The notes: generated from the sequence alone by a model not told the origin. Shown: positions 25,949 through 38,030, counted from the whole stretch's first letter. The stretch: DNA of 63,945 bases, filler included, from Cladosporium halotolerans (GCF_011745625.1; 4 parts of 4 records of this genome joined end to end with filler, not necessarily neighbours in it), one strand, 5' to 3'. A program made the numbers and translations.

Positions 25949-27079
25949 ATGTCGCCAACACCTTTATACCCCACCAAAAAACTGTCTCGGTCCACAAGAG
26001 CAAAGGCGTTCTCGCACGATTCGACTGAACGCATCCGTAAGCGAGTATCCAGGGCTTGCGATAGATGTCGGATGAAGAAATGCAAATGCGGTGGATCCAA
26101 CCCATGCTCTCGATGCAAGGAGAACAACGCCATTTGTGCCTTTGAGTACGCATGTATGGAGCCACTAAGGATCACAGAACAAGAGCTGACCTGCTGCAGT
26201 CTGAGAATAAGAAGATCATGCGGCAAGATCTACCCGAATGGGTACGTAGAGATGCTCGAGTCACAACAAGCTCAGCTTGTCTCCGGTCTCCAGAAGATGT
26301 ACCATCGTTTATTGAAAGCATCAGCCTGGGATGGCAAGCCTCTGGATGAGCCCAGTGGGCGCCCTCTCACCCATGACGTCCTTCGCGCCATAAGTCTGTG
26401 GAAGTCGAAGCACGACGAGATTGGTGGGCTGGATATCTTCAAAGAGAATTGCGATTTGCTCCAGTCGAGACTGGTTAGCGAGGGAGCGGGCTATGCCCAT
26501 CAACGAGCATTTAGCAGCTCAAACTCAGACGCAGAGCACAGCCACCAGAGTCAACCTCGGACAGCGTCCTTTAACAACAAATCGGTCCACCTAAACCCGT
26601 CGCAACTCGATACAAGTCATAAGTGGCTTAACAAGGCCTCATCGCGCCAATTTACGATCCCGCGATGCAGGCCTAACCCCAAACCGCAATAAAACCACCC
26701 TGACCCGCTGCCAATCAACCATTTTCCCCTCCACATGCCCACCTTCAATAACGAACCCCAGCTCTACCCACCAGGAGGGACCCAAGTCCTCGTCGACATG
26801 AGCACTCCAGAGCAGATATACCATACTAAGCACGCGCTCGGGGCGTTCGACTTTCAAAGCCTGTTAAGCTCGCCGCGGGAGCAGCCTTTGCGTGAGTTCG
26901 ACTCTTCCCTTTTCAATAGCCAATTCCCAGTTTCTCAAAGGCAAATGGGCAGCGGCAACGGCAATGCTCTCGGCGTTACGAACTGCGCGTCGGACATCAA
27001 CGATCTGGGCACCCTCGACGCCATGAGTATCGACCTCAGCGAATGCATAGAGCTGCAGATCCCTAAACAAAAGAACTAA
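25949..27079 (+). pseudogene. Fcr1-like Zn(II)2Cys6 transcription factor with an in-frame TAA at 26690-26692
   Basis: RKRVSRACDRCRMKKCKC..., KIYPNGYVEMLE.QQ.QLV.GLQ.MY and PLTHDVL are characteristic of the Fcr1 family. Probable 54-nt intron 26146-26199. ORF 26735-27079 is in frame after the stop. A truncated product could still be functional. Confidence 0.72.
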
Positions 27080-27394
27080 GATATGATCACATTCCTTCAC
27101 TTGGGCTCAAGTCCGACTATTGGCTTGGCGTGGTTTTGAGTGGCGACTGGGTGTAGCATCTTTTTTGTGATCATACTGTATTCAAGCTATGCAGCTTATG
27201 ACAGGCATGGCCTTATCCCCAAGTATTTTTCTGGTCCACTATCCTTCGTCTCGCCTTGTGATCATCCAAACTTCGAAGCTGTTCGCCGTCCTGCCTTAGT
27301 CAAGGCGTCACGCCACGGCTTTGGGCTCGATGACGTCCCTCAGATGGATTCCATGATTCAGCAACATCGCTTGGAAGCGTGTTGCTGGCGAGCA

Positions 27395-29237
27395 CCCACC
27401 GAGAACACGCGGCCCGCGCTGCGACGAAGGGACTGCAGGCAGCCATGGCGCTGAAGCGGCTGCGAGGACTCTCGCCGTCAGTGACGCGAAAGCTGTTCAA
27501 CGCGACAGTGGCTCCTGTGGTCGACTACGCATCCTCGGTGTGGATGCACGCCAGAAGGGCTAGCACAGAGAGAGTGCTCAAGCGAGTGCAGAGGATTGGC
27601 GGACAGGCTGTGGTCGGATGCTTCCAGACAGTTGGCACAGCGGTGGCAGAGGCGGAAGCAAATCTGCCCACGATAGAGGAACGGCATAAGCGAAAAGCTC
27701 TGAAGATGTGGTTCGACCTCCGCAGCATGCCGGGCACGCACCCTCTCGCGCTGATAGCTAGGCGTCCGGCGTGCAAAAGGTTCGTGTCACCTATGCAGAA
27801 GATTGCAGAGTACGGCCAGAATGCACCTTTAGATGGCTTGGAGGCGACACAACCTTATATATCAGCTCCATGGGACGCGCGACCCGACACAGTCGACGGC
27901 ACAGACGACGGCCTGCAGTCGGCCGCACGAGCTCAAGAGACGCATGGTATCCGCATCGCCACCAGCGCGTCGGTCAGGAACCAGCTGGTCGGTATCGGTG
28001 GCGCGATCGAGAGCATAGATCGGATCAGAAACCACACTGCGCGACACGAGTACGACAAGACATTAGGCACTATCGGGCAGAGTGATGCCTATACAGCCGC
28101 TCTGGCCTCGATCGAGGCAGGTCTTGGTTTTGTTGTCGGCGCGGTGTACGCGGGGACTTTATCGGCGCGAGTACACGGCCACACCGTGCGAGTGTTCACC
28201 AACAACCGTACTGTCCTAATCACGTTGAGAGCTTCCCCCAAACGGACCAGACAATGGATCATCGGTGGGATTCTGAAACACATAGAGTTTCTGAAAGGGT
28301 TCGGCATCCGCGTAGTATTTGCGTCGGCTCCAGTTAGTTCTATCTTCGAGCTCGGGCAAAGAGCGAAACAGCTCGCGAAGCGGTCCACCGACAAAGGACG
28401 AGTGGCCAGTGACCGACCCAGACTGACCAAGCGGATCGTTCTGAAGGCCCAACAACGCCTGGCGCAAACGACTGCGCAAATGCCGACGATGGTCGGGGTC
28501 GCAGTGCGCAGAATCGACGCTGGGTGGCCTGGCAGTCACACTCGGCGCATGTACGACGAGCTCAGCAAAAGACAAGCGAGTGTCCTCTCGCAGCTCCGCA
28601 CAGGGATAACACCACTGAACATGTACTTGCACAACATCAAAGCAGTGGAAACGAATTTCTGTGAATGCGGCGAGGCAGTCGAGTCGAGAGAACATTTCAT
28701 CTTTCATTGTGTCAGGTGGAGCGAACAACGGCAGATTTTGGGCATATGGACAGGCGATGAGGACCTCCCGCGTCTGCTCGGAGGTAGTGTCTCGACAGAT
28801 ATCGACGACTGGAGACCGGACATGGATGCAGTGCGAGCTGTTATACATTTCACCCTGGCTACCAAACGGTTCGAACGAGACGCCAGCGCGCGAGGGCGAA
28901 CGACGATGTAGAAGATTATCAGCGACGACCCGAAAAGCCGTACCCTACTAACCATAAACTTCGCACACCAACCACGCACCCTCGTGCACACGGCAGGCCC
29001 CCGCTTCATCTGCTGAAGATAGGACGATGAACACTTGGAAACACAGCTTCAAGAAGACCCGCCGACCAGCAATCACGAGCATTCGAGAGTGAGAGAATGC
29101 ATATTGTCAAGATGACTCCGCGGTGAAGGACAATGAGTTTGGGGGCTGTGTCTGATTCAATCTCTTCAAGGTGGACGTAGACTTTTAGACGTAAACAGAG
29201 TGCTGCCCTTTAGGTGCTTAGCGCCGGGCGGAATAAA
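27395..29237 (+). mobile_element. 5'-truncated Tad1-like LINE (RT thumb, RNase H-like region, CCHC knuckle, 3' UTR)
   Basis: ALKRLRGLSP...LFNATVAPVVDYAS.VW, QLRTG..PLN.YL and CECGEAVESREHFIFHC; stop at 28911. Putative end ...GCTTAGCGCCGGGCGGAATAAA; this boundary is inferred. Confidence 0.82.
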
Positions 29238-30442
29238 GTTCATCGGTGACTTCGCAAGTCGTAGGCTTGGCAGCTTTTGGAAGAGCTTCGTGAAGACAAT
29301 CTCAAGTTCAACACGCGAGATCGCCTCACCTTGACATCGATGAGGCCCATAGCCGAACCCCAGCGAGTCCTCTTTGTCGAAGTGGCGACGGATGTCGAAC
29401 GTTTCCGGGTCGGAAAACTTGTCCTCATCGCGGTTACCCGCTTGCACCGAGCAAATGACTCCCTCACCCTTCTTCACCTGCTTCCCGCGGATGTCCATGT
29501 TTTCCGTCGCTGCGCGGCGGCTGTTGAGCGCGGAGATAGTGTGATACCTGGTGATCTCGTTGACGATCTGAGCAGCCATTGAGGGGTTTTTCTTGAATTG
29601 TACTAGCTGACTTGGATGTTGCATGAGCGTAAGGGTACCGAGACCAATGCTGTTGATAAGCGCAGCATTGCCCGCGGTCAAAACGAGAAAGGCCAATGTT
29701 GTGATATCACCTTCCGAAAGATTGCCGGACTTGTACTGCTCAACAACAAGCTTGCTGATCACATCGTCCCTAGGCTGCTGAATCTTTTGCTTGACGAGGT
29801 CCTTCATGTAGTCGTTCAGCTCTTTGTTTGCTGATTCTGCCGCGTCTCGGGCGGTGGTGTTGCGAAGCTCGCTATCCTTAGAAAGGCGTTCTACATCCTT
29901 TTCCGGCGCGCCAAGGACCTTGTAGATGACCTGAGGCGGGACAATATTTGCAAACTCTTCCATGAAGTCGATCGGCTGCTGGTCCCTGCCCTTTTGGATG
30001 AACTTGTCTAGGATGATGTCGACCGTGTGCTCCATGATAGGACGCCATTTCTTGTTAACGGTCTCGGGTGTAAACTCCGATTCGAGCATTCTTCTCTGCT
30101 TATCATGATCCGGGTCGTCCAAGTTGATGAATGTGGGTTTTGCGTGTTTGGCCTTGTGACCTCCGGGATGAATCTCTGGGTAGCCATGAGAACGGCGGTC
30201 GGCGGAGAGTTTCGAGCTATCCAGAATCTCGCAACAATCCTCGTGTTTTGTGATGATCCACGCTTGGCTGCCGTCGTAAAGCTTGACCTTGGACACAGGA
30301 TCTTCGTGGCGGAGTTTTGCATTGAGTGGCGACGGATTATAACCGTGTTCGCGAGCAAAGGGAAACTCCGGTAGCTCTGAGACTTTGGTCAGTCAGTTGT
30401 GCTGCTCAATAGCAGCATTATTGACGCACGCTGTGAAGCCAT
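29166..30442 (-). CDS. CYP55: Cytochrome P450 CYP55 (P450nor, NO-reductase-like); short first exon 30430-30442; aberrant C-terminus
   Basis: Soluble P450 without a membrane anchor: FPFAR, VSKVKLYDGSQAW, KPTFINLDDPDH, AFLVLTAGNA, EITRYHT.SAL and heme motif FGYGPHRC, colinear with Fusarium P450nor as recalled. Confidence 0.88.
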
Positions 30443-31466
30443 TATTATTGTCTCGTGCGATGGAAGGTATCATTCCAGAGGCTTTAAGGGGTGTAAGGTC
30501 AGCTCAAGCTCCATTATAGGCTTGGACGTCACTCCTACACTTGCTTCGTCGGATCCTACGGGTATGTAAGCCACCGTCATTATATCTAAGCGTATTGGCC
30601 ATGATCCTCTCTAGCATCATTGTACCTTGTGATGTTTCCACCCTTAGCTTCCGTGAACGACGACATACTGCAGCTTGCTCATCTCTACCCCCACAGCGGT
30701 CCATCAAGTCGGATATGGATGCTCTCCCCTACCTTGGCAGGTGGTTCAACATATTCGCGCATCGAATCGAAACCAAATGAGGGACACTCTCGCTCGCGCC
30801 ATTGGGCTGAGCTCAATGACCATTAAGCTTCCTTCATCCGTCCGCAGCGTCAGAGTGAGAGAGTCCGCTGGCCAATGAAAGCGAATCTATTAGGTAAGCA
30901 TGCTGTCGAGCGGAGCGGATTCTCCGCCTACCGTTTGTGGCTGCCGCTTTGTTCTACTCGGCAAGCGTTGTGCTCCCCGCACGCCTGCTGTTTTGTTGTA
31001 TTCGGCGCCTGGCACATCCTGGAGCATTTCCTCGGAGCAACAAATGCTAGCTTCCGGCAATTGTAACATGACGTCGAGGAAGCTTTAAACGACTCGACAC
31101 TCCAGCTGGCCGTAACCCGCAGTGCCACCATAAGCAGTGGCAAAACGGGCGATTGCAAAACAAGCTACATGTAGGCGATGTTCTTGTTACATCACAGTTC
31201 GCATCTACCGTCCGCGGAGAAACATGGCAGAAGCCAGGCTCTGGTCAAGAGTTTTCTTGAGGTTTTGGCTGCTTAGCGAGTGATGCACTTCCAATCGGTC
31301 GTGAGTCAAAGTGCGAGGCCTGCGGTACGCGAGGATAGAGCTGCCGTGGCCTCCGCCGGCATGTGGCCATCTCTCATAGCAACGTCACATCTATCCGTGG
31401 ACGCGTTGTACATAAATACTGCACAGGACGCCGTAGATTGCGAATTCTTCATCATCCGGCAGCACG

Positions 31467-32306
31467 ATGAAGATCGCCATTACCGGTGCCAGAGGCACCG
31501 TTGGACAGAACGTCGTGAAGATCTGTGCCAAAGCTGGCCACAGCACCGTTCAAATCAACCGCACCGACCAAGAGTACGATGGGACTCCCAATTCAGTGAT
31601 GAGGACGGCCGACGTAGCCAACAATTACGCCGACACATTAGAGGCTTTCCAGGGCTGCGACGCCGTGATCCATCTCGCTGCAATACCGGACCCGATGGGA
31701 AAGGAGGATTGGAAAGTGCACAACAACAACGTCAACTCTGCATTCAACGGCCTACGGGCAGCGGGCGAGCATGGCATTAAGAGATTTTGCTACGCTTCCT
31801 CTGTCAATGCGATCGGCCTATCATACTCTAACCAGCCGCTGCACATTGAATATTTTCCTATAGACGAGGACGCGCCGCAGCATCCAACAGACTCTTACGC
31901 GCTTGCAAAGCAAGAAGCTGAAACGCAGGCTAGAGCTTTTTTGGACTGGTTTCCTGGCATGAAAGTCGCCTGCCTACGCATCCACGAAGTATTGCCGCTG
32001 AAGGACGTCAAAAAGGAACACGAGGAGCAGTGGATTGGATCTGCTGTCAGGCAACTTTGGGGTTGGGTCCACCCCGAGGCTGTTGCGAGAGCTTGCCTCT
32101 TGGCTATCGAGAAAGGCGATCATTTCAGAGACTGTGAAATCTTCAACATTGTCGCGCCTACTACTACGCAGACAACGCCGTCGGAGAAGTTGGCAAAGGA
32201 ATACTATCCCGAGGCCGAAATCAGAGGAGACTTGTCTCGCAACCAAGCCTTCTGGACTACCGGCAAGGCTCAAGAGATCTTAGGGTGGACTCATAAGGAG
32301 GAGTAG
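31467..32306 (+). CDS. NAD-dependent epimerase/dehydratase (extended SDR), intronless, 279 aa
   Basis: TGARGTVG Rossmann motif, DAVIHLAA, ASS and YALAK (YxxxK). Confidence 0.92.
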   Translation: MKIAITGARGTVGQNVVKICAKAGHSTVQINRTDQEYDGTPNSVMRTADVANNYADTLEAFQGCDAVIHLAAIPDPMGKEDWKVHNNNVNSAFNGLRAAGEHGIKRFCYASSVNAIGLSYSNQPLHIEYFPIDEDAPQHPTDSYALAKQEAETQARAFLDWFPGMKVACLRIHEVLPLKDVKKEHEEQWIGSAVRQLWGWVHPEAVARACLLAIEKGDHFRDCEIFNIVAPTTTQTTPSEKLAKEYYPEAEIRGDLSRNQAFWTTGKAQEILGWTHKEE

Positions 32307-32504
32307 CGGCGAGGTGTGACTGTTCAACCTTGCCAGCAGATGAGCTTGTCTTGGGCTTCTGGTGTACCAGTGAAGCATGAGATTGATGTATGAATATAAG
32401 ATCTATAGAAGCTTTCCCCACCTCAAGCACGTCCACACCTCAGGCACGCTTGACGGGCCCGGTGTCGAGGAGCTTCCACTACTTGTATCTCACACATCAA
32501 CAAC

Positions 32505-32604
32505 NNNNNNNNNNNNNNNNNNNNNNNNNNNNNNNNNNNNNNNNNNNNTTAATTAATTAANNNNNNNNNNNNNNNNNNNNNNNNNNNNNNNNNNNNNNNN
32601 NNNN
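32505..32604. other. Assembly gap with artificial spacer
   Basis: N-run containing TTAATTAATTAA. Confidence 0.98.
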
Positions 32605-32605
32605 T

Positions 32606-33706
32606 AAAGCGAGGCGATCTCACAGGCTCTTATTCGTTGATGGACACGGCTCACACGTCAACATGAAGTTCCTCAACTGGTGCGAGCAGCACAAGATCCT
32701 ACTTGCTGTCTACCCGCCGCACTCTACACACAGGCTGCAGCCTCTAGATGTGAGCGTCTTTGCCCCACTGGCCAATTACTACAGCCAGGCGCTCGATGAC
32801 TTAGTCAGGAAGTCAGAAGGCCACACGAGCATCAGCAAACGAGACTTCTTCTCGCTTTTCTGGCCAGCCTTCGAGAAGGCCTTTACGAAAAAGAACATAG
32901 CGTCAGCTTGGTCGAAGACCGGGATCTGGCCTTTGGATCCTCAGAAAGTGCTCAAATCCTTCCCTGCGGCCCAGGAAGCTGAGACCAGGTCTCAGCGAAG
33001 CACGCAACGATGGAGCGACAGTCCACCGAGTATATACGATTCGCCGTCGAAGACAAAGAGGCTAAGAAGTATCCTCAGCGTCAGCTCGGCACACAGCGAC
33101 AACAAGACGCAAAAGACGCTGGAGAGGCTCAGCGACACGGTGCTCGGTCTCTCGGCCAAGCTCGTGTTATCAGATTTGAATGTGAAGCACTTAAGTGAGT
33201 CTATCCACGAAGAGGAAAAGCGGAAGAAGAGGAAGAGGAAGGTTATAGACGAGTTAAGGTCCTCTGGTCCATCTGGGACGCTGTTCATGAGCCCTTCCAA
33301 AATCCAGAAGACGCGAGACATTGCATCGAGCAGAGAGCGAGAGAAGGAGCAGTCGCAGCAAGAAAAAGAGGTCAGGGCTCAAGAACGAGCTGAGAAAAAG
33401 GCGCAGAAGGAGGTAGAGGCGCAGAGGAAGCGAGATGAACGAGCTGCAGCTGCTTTTGCTCGCAAGACAGCTGCAGCTCAGAAAAAGGCCGCAGCACAGG
33501 CGTCACGAGAGGCTAAGAAAGCTCAGAAACAGAATGACATGGCATCGAGGGCTGCGAGCAGGCGACTGCAAAGCTTCTCAAAGAAAGAGCCAGCTGCTGA
33601 GAGTGCCCCAAACACTCTACGAGAGCCAGTAGTCATTGAGCCTGTAGAGCAGGCGACCACGGCGAAAGGCCGGCCAGTGCGCCGACCAGCCCGGTTCAGA
33701 ACATAA
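32606..33706 (+). CDS. pogo/Fot1 DDE transposase, C-terminal part
   Basis: RLLFVDGHGSH...PPHSTHRLQPLDV (DDE_1 motifs) followed by a basic coiled-coil tail. Confidence 0.92.
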   Translation, partial: KARRSHRLLFVDGHGSHVNMKFLNWCEQHKILLAVYPPHSTHRLQPLDVSVFAPLANYYSQALDDLVRKSEGHTSISKRDFFSLFWPAFEKAFTKKNIASAWSKTGIWPLDPQKVLKSFPAAQEAETRSQRSTQRWSDSPPSIYDSPSKTKRLRSILSVSSAHSDNKTQKTLERLSDTVLGLSAKLVLSDLNVKHLSESIHEEEKRKKRKRKVIDELRSSGPSGTLFMSPSKIQKTRDIASSREREKEQSQQEKEVRAQERAEKKAQKEVEAQRKRDERAAAAFARKTAAAQKKAAAQASREAKKAQKQNDMASRAASRRLQSFSKKEPAAESAPNTLREPVVIEPVEQATTAKGRPVRRPARFRT

Positions 33707-34970
33707 ACTTGTCGCAGACTTGTAGAGTGGTACTGTAGCTTCTTGATAGTATGTTTTCTGATGGATTGAGTTGTTGATGTGTGAGATACAAGTAGTGGAA
33801 GCTCCTCGACACCGGGCCCGTCAAGCGTGCCTGAGGTGTGGACGTGCTTGAGGTGGGGAAAGCTTCTAAATTTGGGGAAACAAATCTTGCTCTGTGGCTT
33901 GACGCAATGCGCGGCAGTGTTCTTTGGACAAGCTCGCCTGCAGCTTATATTGTCGAACATGGCTGTGCGAAGTACGGAGCTAAGTCTGCAGCGTGATTTG
34001 CATTGGTATGTCCGAGATGGTATCGACGATTTTGTAGCCGCATATAAGCGTCTTGCCAGCTCCAAAAAGCTCCATCATTCGATTAAACGCCGATTGCGCG
34101 CCTTTTGTTGACTTTCCAGCAAGCTCATGCAGCTCACGGACATTCACGCGCCGCAGACATGTGCTACACGATCCACGAGTCTTTCGATTGTGGTCACTCT
34201 CGAGAGAATTCGCGCAGATGTACTGATGGTTGCAAAAAGGAAGCAGTCTGGTCAGAACATCATGAAGGCCGTTGTAGTCAGTAACTTTCCGTCCTTTGCA
34301 GTGTTTCCAGTGGGTTGATTGGTCACTGATGTTCTGATCAGGCCCTGAATGCCCAGAATTGGCTGTGACACCAAAAGGTTTGCAGCAAGCGGGCTTCGGA
34401 AGTGGAATGCGAGAATCGAGATCGTACAGCAGCCAGCGCAAAAGCTGGTCGTTCTGAAGACTGTATGGCTCGAGCCTTGGTGAAAATGAAGCAACAAACA
34501 AGGCGACCTAAGCAGGGTTGAGAGAACATCCACGTGAACGGTGACGTACAAGGCGCTGCGACACTCGCTTTGCCCTGTCACTTCATTCTTCAGCTTCCGC
34601 TTAATCTCATCATCCCTTCACCGGAAGCACAGAAAGGGGCGTGCAGAAGCATTCGTGCTCGACGCAGCCTGCGCGTTTCACCCGCTGATCGCCTCACTGC
34701 CTGATCGATCTTCACGGACGCCTTGCCCTTGTAGGCACCGCAACGTTTAAAGCCCGGCCGTCAGCGGGCGACATGTGTTGGCGTATTGTTGACAATCTTA
34801 TCTCACTGTGCGAAGAGACCCAAGGCCACTTTCGCTGCTTCCCTGGCAAACCCCCCAACGGCGAATGCCGATACCACGCGCACGCTGGGTGTGCCTGTTC
34901 GCGGTAACGTTATTCGAACTTGCCGTTGAAGCTCTACTTCCTCAACCAATCCGGATCCGACGATTAGATC

Positions 34971-36992
34971 ATGACTCAACGATGCGAGTCCGGACAATCC
35001 GAACCGCCGGCCGATGGACAAGACCACCGTGAGGAACAGTCAGGGAACAGTAGATGCGACGCCGCAAGTTGCTCGGAAGCGACCGAGATCATCGGTTCTC
35101 AGCGGATGATCACTTTGCCGTCCGTCATGAATCATCCCGAAGCCTCATCTCTGTCGAGGCCGCTCCGAGGCACAAAGGAATCAAGGAAACCACCCGCCAG
35201 ATCGCGTCGTCACCCATACATGCGAAAAGACACAACGACTGGATCCCCATCGAGTAATGATGCAACCTCAGCCGGGCCTGCGCTCATAGACCCTCGCGAG
35301 CGACACGACACAATTCGAGACACCAATGAAGAGCAACAGTCGCAAATTCGGGTTAGTGCAGGTGATGAAAATGCCGCAGTTCAGACAAAGTCTCTTTTTC
35401 TCTCGCCTGAGCAGCAAGCTGCCCAGGCCAGAGTCATATACGCCAATCTTGTGAAGGCGGAAAGGGCATGCAAAACTTCTGTCGCGCGAATGTCTTCTTA
35501 CCCGCAAGATACCCTCACCGAGAAGCACATTCAACACATCACCTGCCTGCACGTGAATCTACTATACTGGCATCATGAGTTTCTTGTGCAAGCTCAGCAC
35601 GTACCCACAATTTCTGCAGATTTCGATGCTAAGATTAGGTGTCGTTTGCCAAGACGCATGTGGAAGCATGGCATTGAATCTGTTCTGGAACTACTGCTAC
35701 ACCGCACGTCAGCTCCGCACAATCGCCTGGTGACCTTCATATACAACTCTTATGAGCTGCTGGAATCACTAATGGGAACCGTGACGGAACTGCTCGACAC
35801 CTGGTACTTGTACCTCGGCAATCTCAGTAACTACCGCATGGCCATCGAAGATAACCAAGGACTGCGCGACACATGGGCTAGCGTGGCGCACAAATGGTTC
35901 GTCCTCGCAGCTGATTGGCGTCGACGCGGTATCAAATCACTAATTTATCGCGATTGTTCGCCGATCCCGTCACTGAGGCAACTGTCTTTGCACAGCCGCG
36001 CACTGATGTCTTCTAGGCGCTGTTTCAACTTGGACGACTATTTGTGCAGACTGTTCTCACCATTTCTCCGCGATGGGCGAACTCTTTACCATAGAATGCA
36101 GCAGATGGAAGATCGCATGATTTGTCTTTATGCAAATATTCATGCTTTCAAGGGATCTGAAGCCATAGTGCGAGTCAGCAACGCCGCTTTGGCAGCATTA
36201 GATGAACACTTGGACAGCAAAGTCGGCGTGTATGGCGTCTCGCTGGCAATCCTCAACATCACAGCTCTATTTGATTTCGGATCTCCAGACAACTTCTTGC
36301 GCCAAATCCTCGACTTCGCGGCTTTTGAGGGATCAGTTGAGTCAGATGTCCAGCGCAATTACGCTGATGCTAAGCAAAGTGCCTACATGTTGACCTCTGC
36401 GGCTGCTGCTGTCGACAGGCTCCCATCGCCATTTTTGTGCGTATCGGATTTCTGCGTCAGGTGCTTCAACAAGATCATACAGTGCGCATCCGGTGTGGAT
36501 ACGTTCCCTTTCTTGCTCCCTTACGTTCACGTCATGCTTGTCTTCGTATGGGTTATCTCGCAGCTGCGTGTTAGGCGTATTGACGACGATCTCTGCAGCA
36601 TGCTCGAGAAACTTCTGGGCTTGGACAAACTGGATTGGGAGAAACTCATTGTTCTACTAAATCGCGTCGCCGAGATGCATGCTCTCCCATCTGTTCCTGG
36701 ACCTCCCACATGAGTCAACTGTGTTCCAAACGGGGAGATTTGGCTACCAGAAGACCACATGATGCGAGGGCTGGTGTGGACGCAGTGGTACTTTATATTC
36801 AATGACTCCAGTCGTGCGACCGGAGACAGCGATGTGTTGCTAACTGAATCTTTGGCGACAGCCGACGAAGAGAGATTTCGAGCTGCCAGACTGTTGTATC
36901 TCGGTGGTACCATTGCTTCAGCATATGGGTTTATGAAGTACGATTCTGGTTCTGGCCGATTCTCTGCTTCGACGACACCACCGCCGCAGTGA
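34971..36992 (+). pseudogene. Est1/SMG6-like DNA/RNA-binding-domain protein with an in-frame TGA at 36711-36713
   Basis: IYANLV.AE..C, HHEFL, P.RMWKHGI, LGNLSNYRMAIED; after the stop and in the same frame, LPEDHMMRGLVW.QWYF and R..RLLYLG. Confidence 0.75.
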
Positions 36993-38030
36993 TGAAGCCT
37001 TGCCAACAATGGACGGCGATGACCGGGAAGATTATCTGACGCAGAGCGTTTTGCTCGATCGGCGACGATCATAGCGCTGGGTCGGTTTGCTCTAAGCCAT
37101 TTGAGGGCTTGGAGCGATGTCGAGGCAACCCAGACCGGAGAAGACCATGGGTCTGGACAGCAAATCGCTGCGCAGGTCAAATGCCTCGTCCCTGTTCACA
37201 TCGACAAGGATGGGCCCTATCCGAGAACTCGGTGACATTTGCACGCCCGGAAGAGAGTACTCCAGTCCGAGTGCAAAAGTCTGGTGCGGTCATCAAAAGC
37301 TACTTCACGCTCAAGACAAAATGGATTGGTAAACGCGCTCCTTGAAAGCTTTCTGTTTGTTTGAACAGAGCTTTTGAGGACCGAAGAGTTGTGACCAGTC
37401 TTTTGCGTTCACAGGGCTTATGTCCATACGGGGCGCCGTGAGGGCGCTGGTGGCGAAGACGACTGTGTAAGATAATTTAGATGCACGAATCTGGAGCACT
37501 GTATTGCTCCATGATACACTCCGCGCGCACAAAACCCCGCAGACCATGTCACTGCTCACGAGAATCTCAAGCTGCACCATGTGATTTCCAGGACCCAGTG
37601 AGCTTGGACGGCTGGAGACGGCCCAAGCCGACGCGACGCTGGCTGCCCGAGCCCAGCGCTAGACCTCGAGTCTCATCAAAGGCCATCATTCCGCCGCTCC
37701 TACTACGAGCCTTCATGCTGTGGTTTCATTGCGTTGGCTTGACAGCACGAAAGACGTCGCAACCTCCGCGAAGAAACAAATACTCGTCACAGGAACCAGC
37801 AAGATCGAAGCGCTCCTACTAAGCCCATCCTCGTCATGGCTTCAATGTGGCTGGAGCCTCGATGTTTACCCTGCAGGGCCGTCTGTATGATCGCTAGGTC
37901 ATCCTCAGTGCCTTATTTTGGCCCTAGACAAATCGGTATCCGCTCCTAAATGCTGTCACGGTAGCGCGTTTCCATCGGCCAGGAAAGCATCTGACGTCTT
38001 GTCGTCTGCACCCGGTATGAAATCTCGGAG

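Larger units (their letters stand above)
32408..33866 (+). mobile_element. pogo/Fot1 (Tc1/mariner) DNA transposon; interior partly in the gap
   Basis: Perfect TIRs of at least 97 bp (32408-32504 / 33770-33866); TA duplication at 32406-32407 and 33867-33868. Confidence 0.95.

Noticed and set aside
33870..34970. Possible small CaaX-type pheromone ORF upstream of the Est1-like gene
   Set aside because: No ORF ending in CaaX-stop was found by eye; very short ORFs were not exhaustively scanned.
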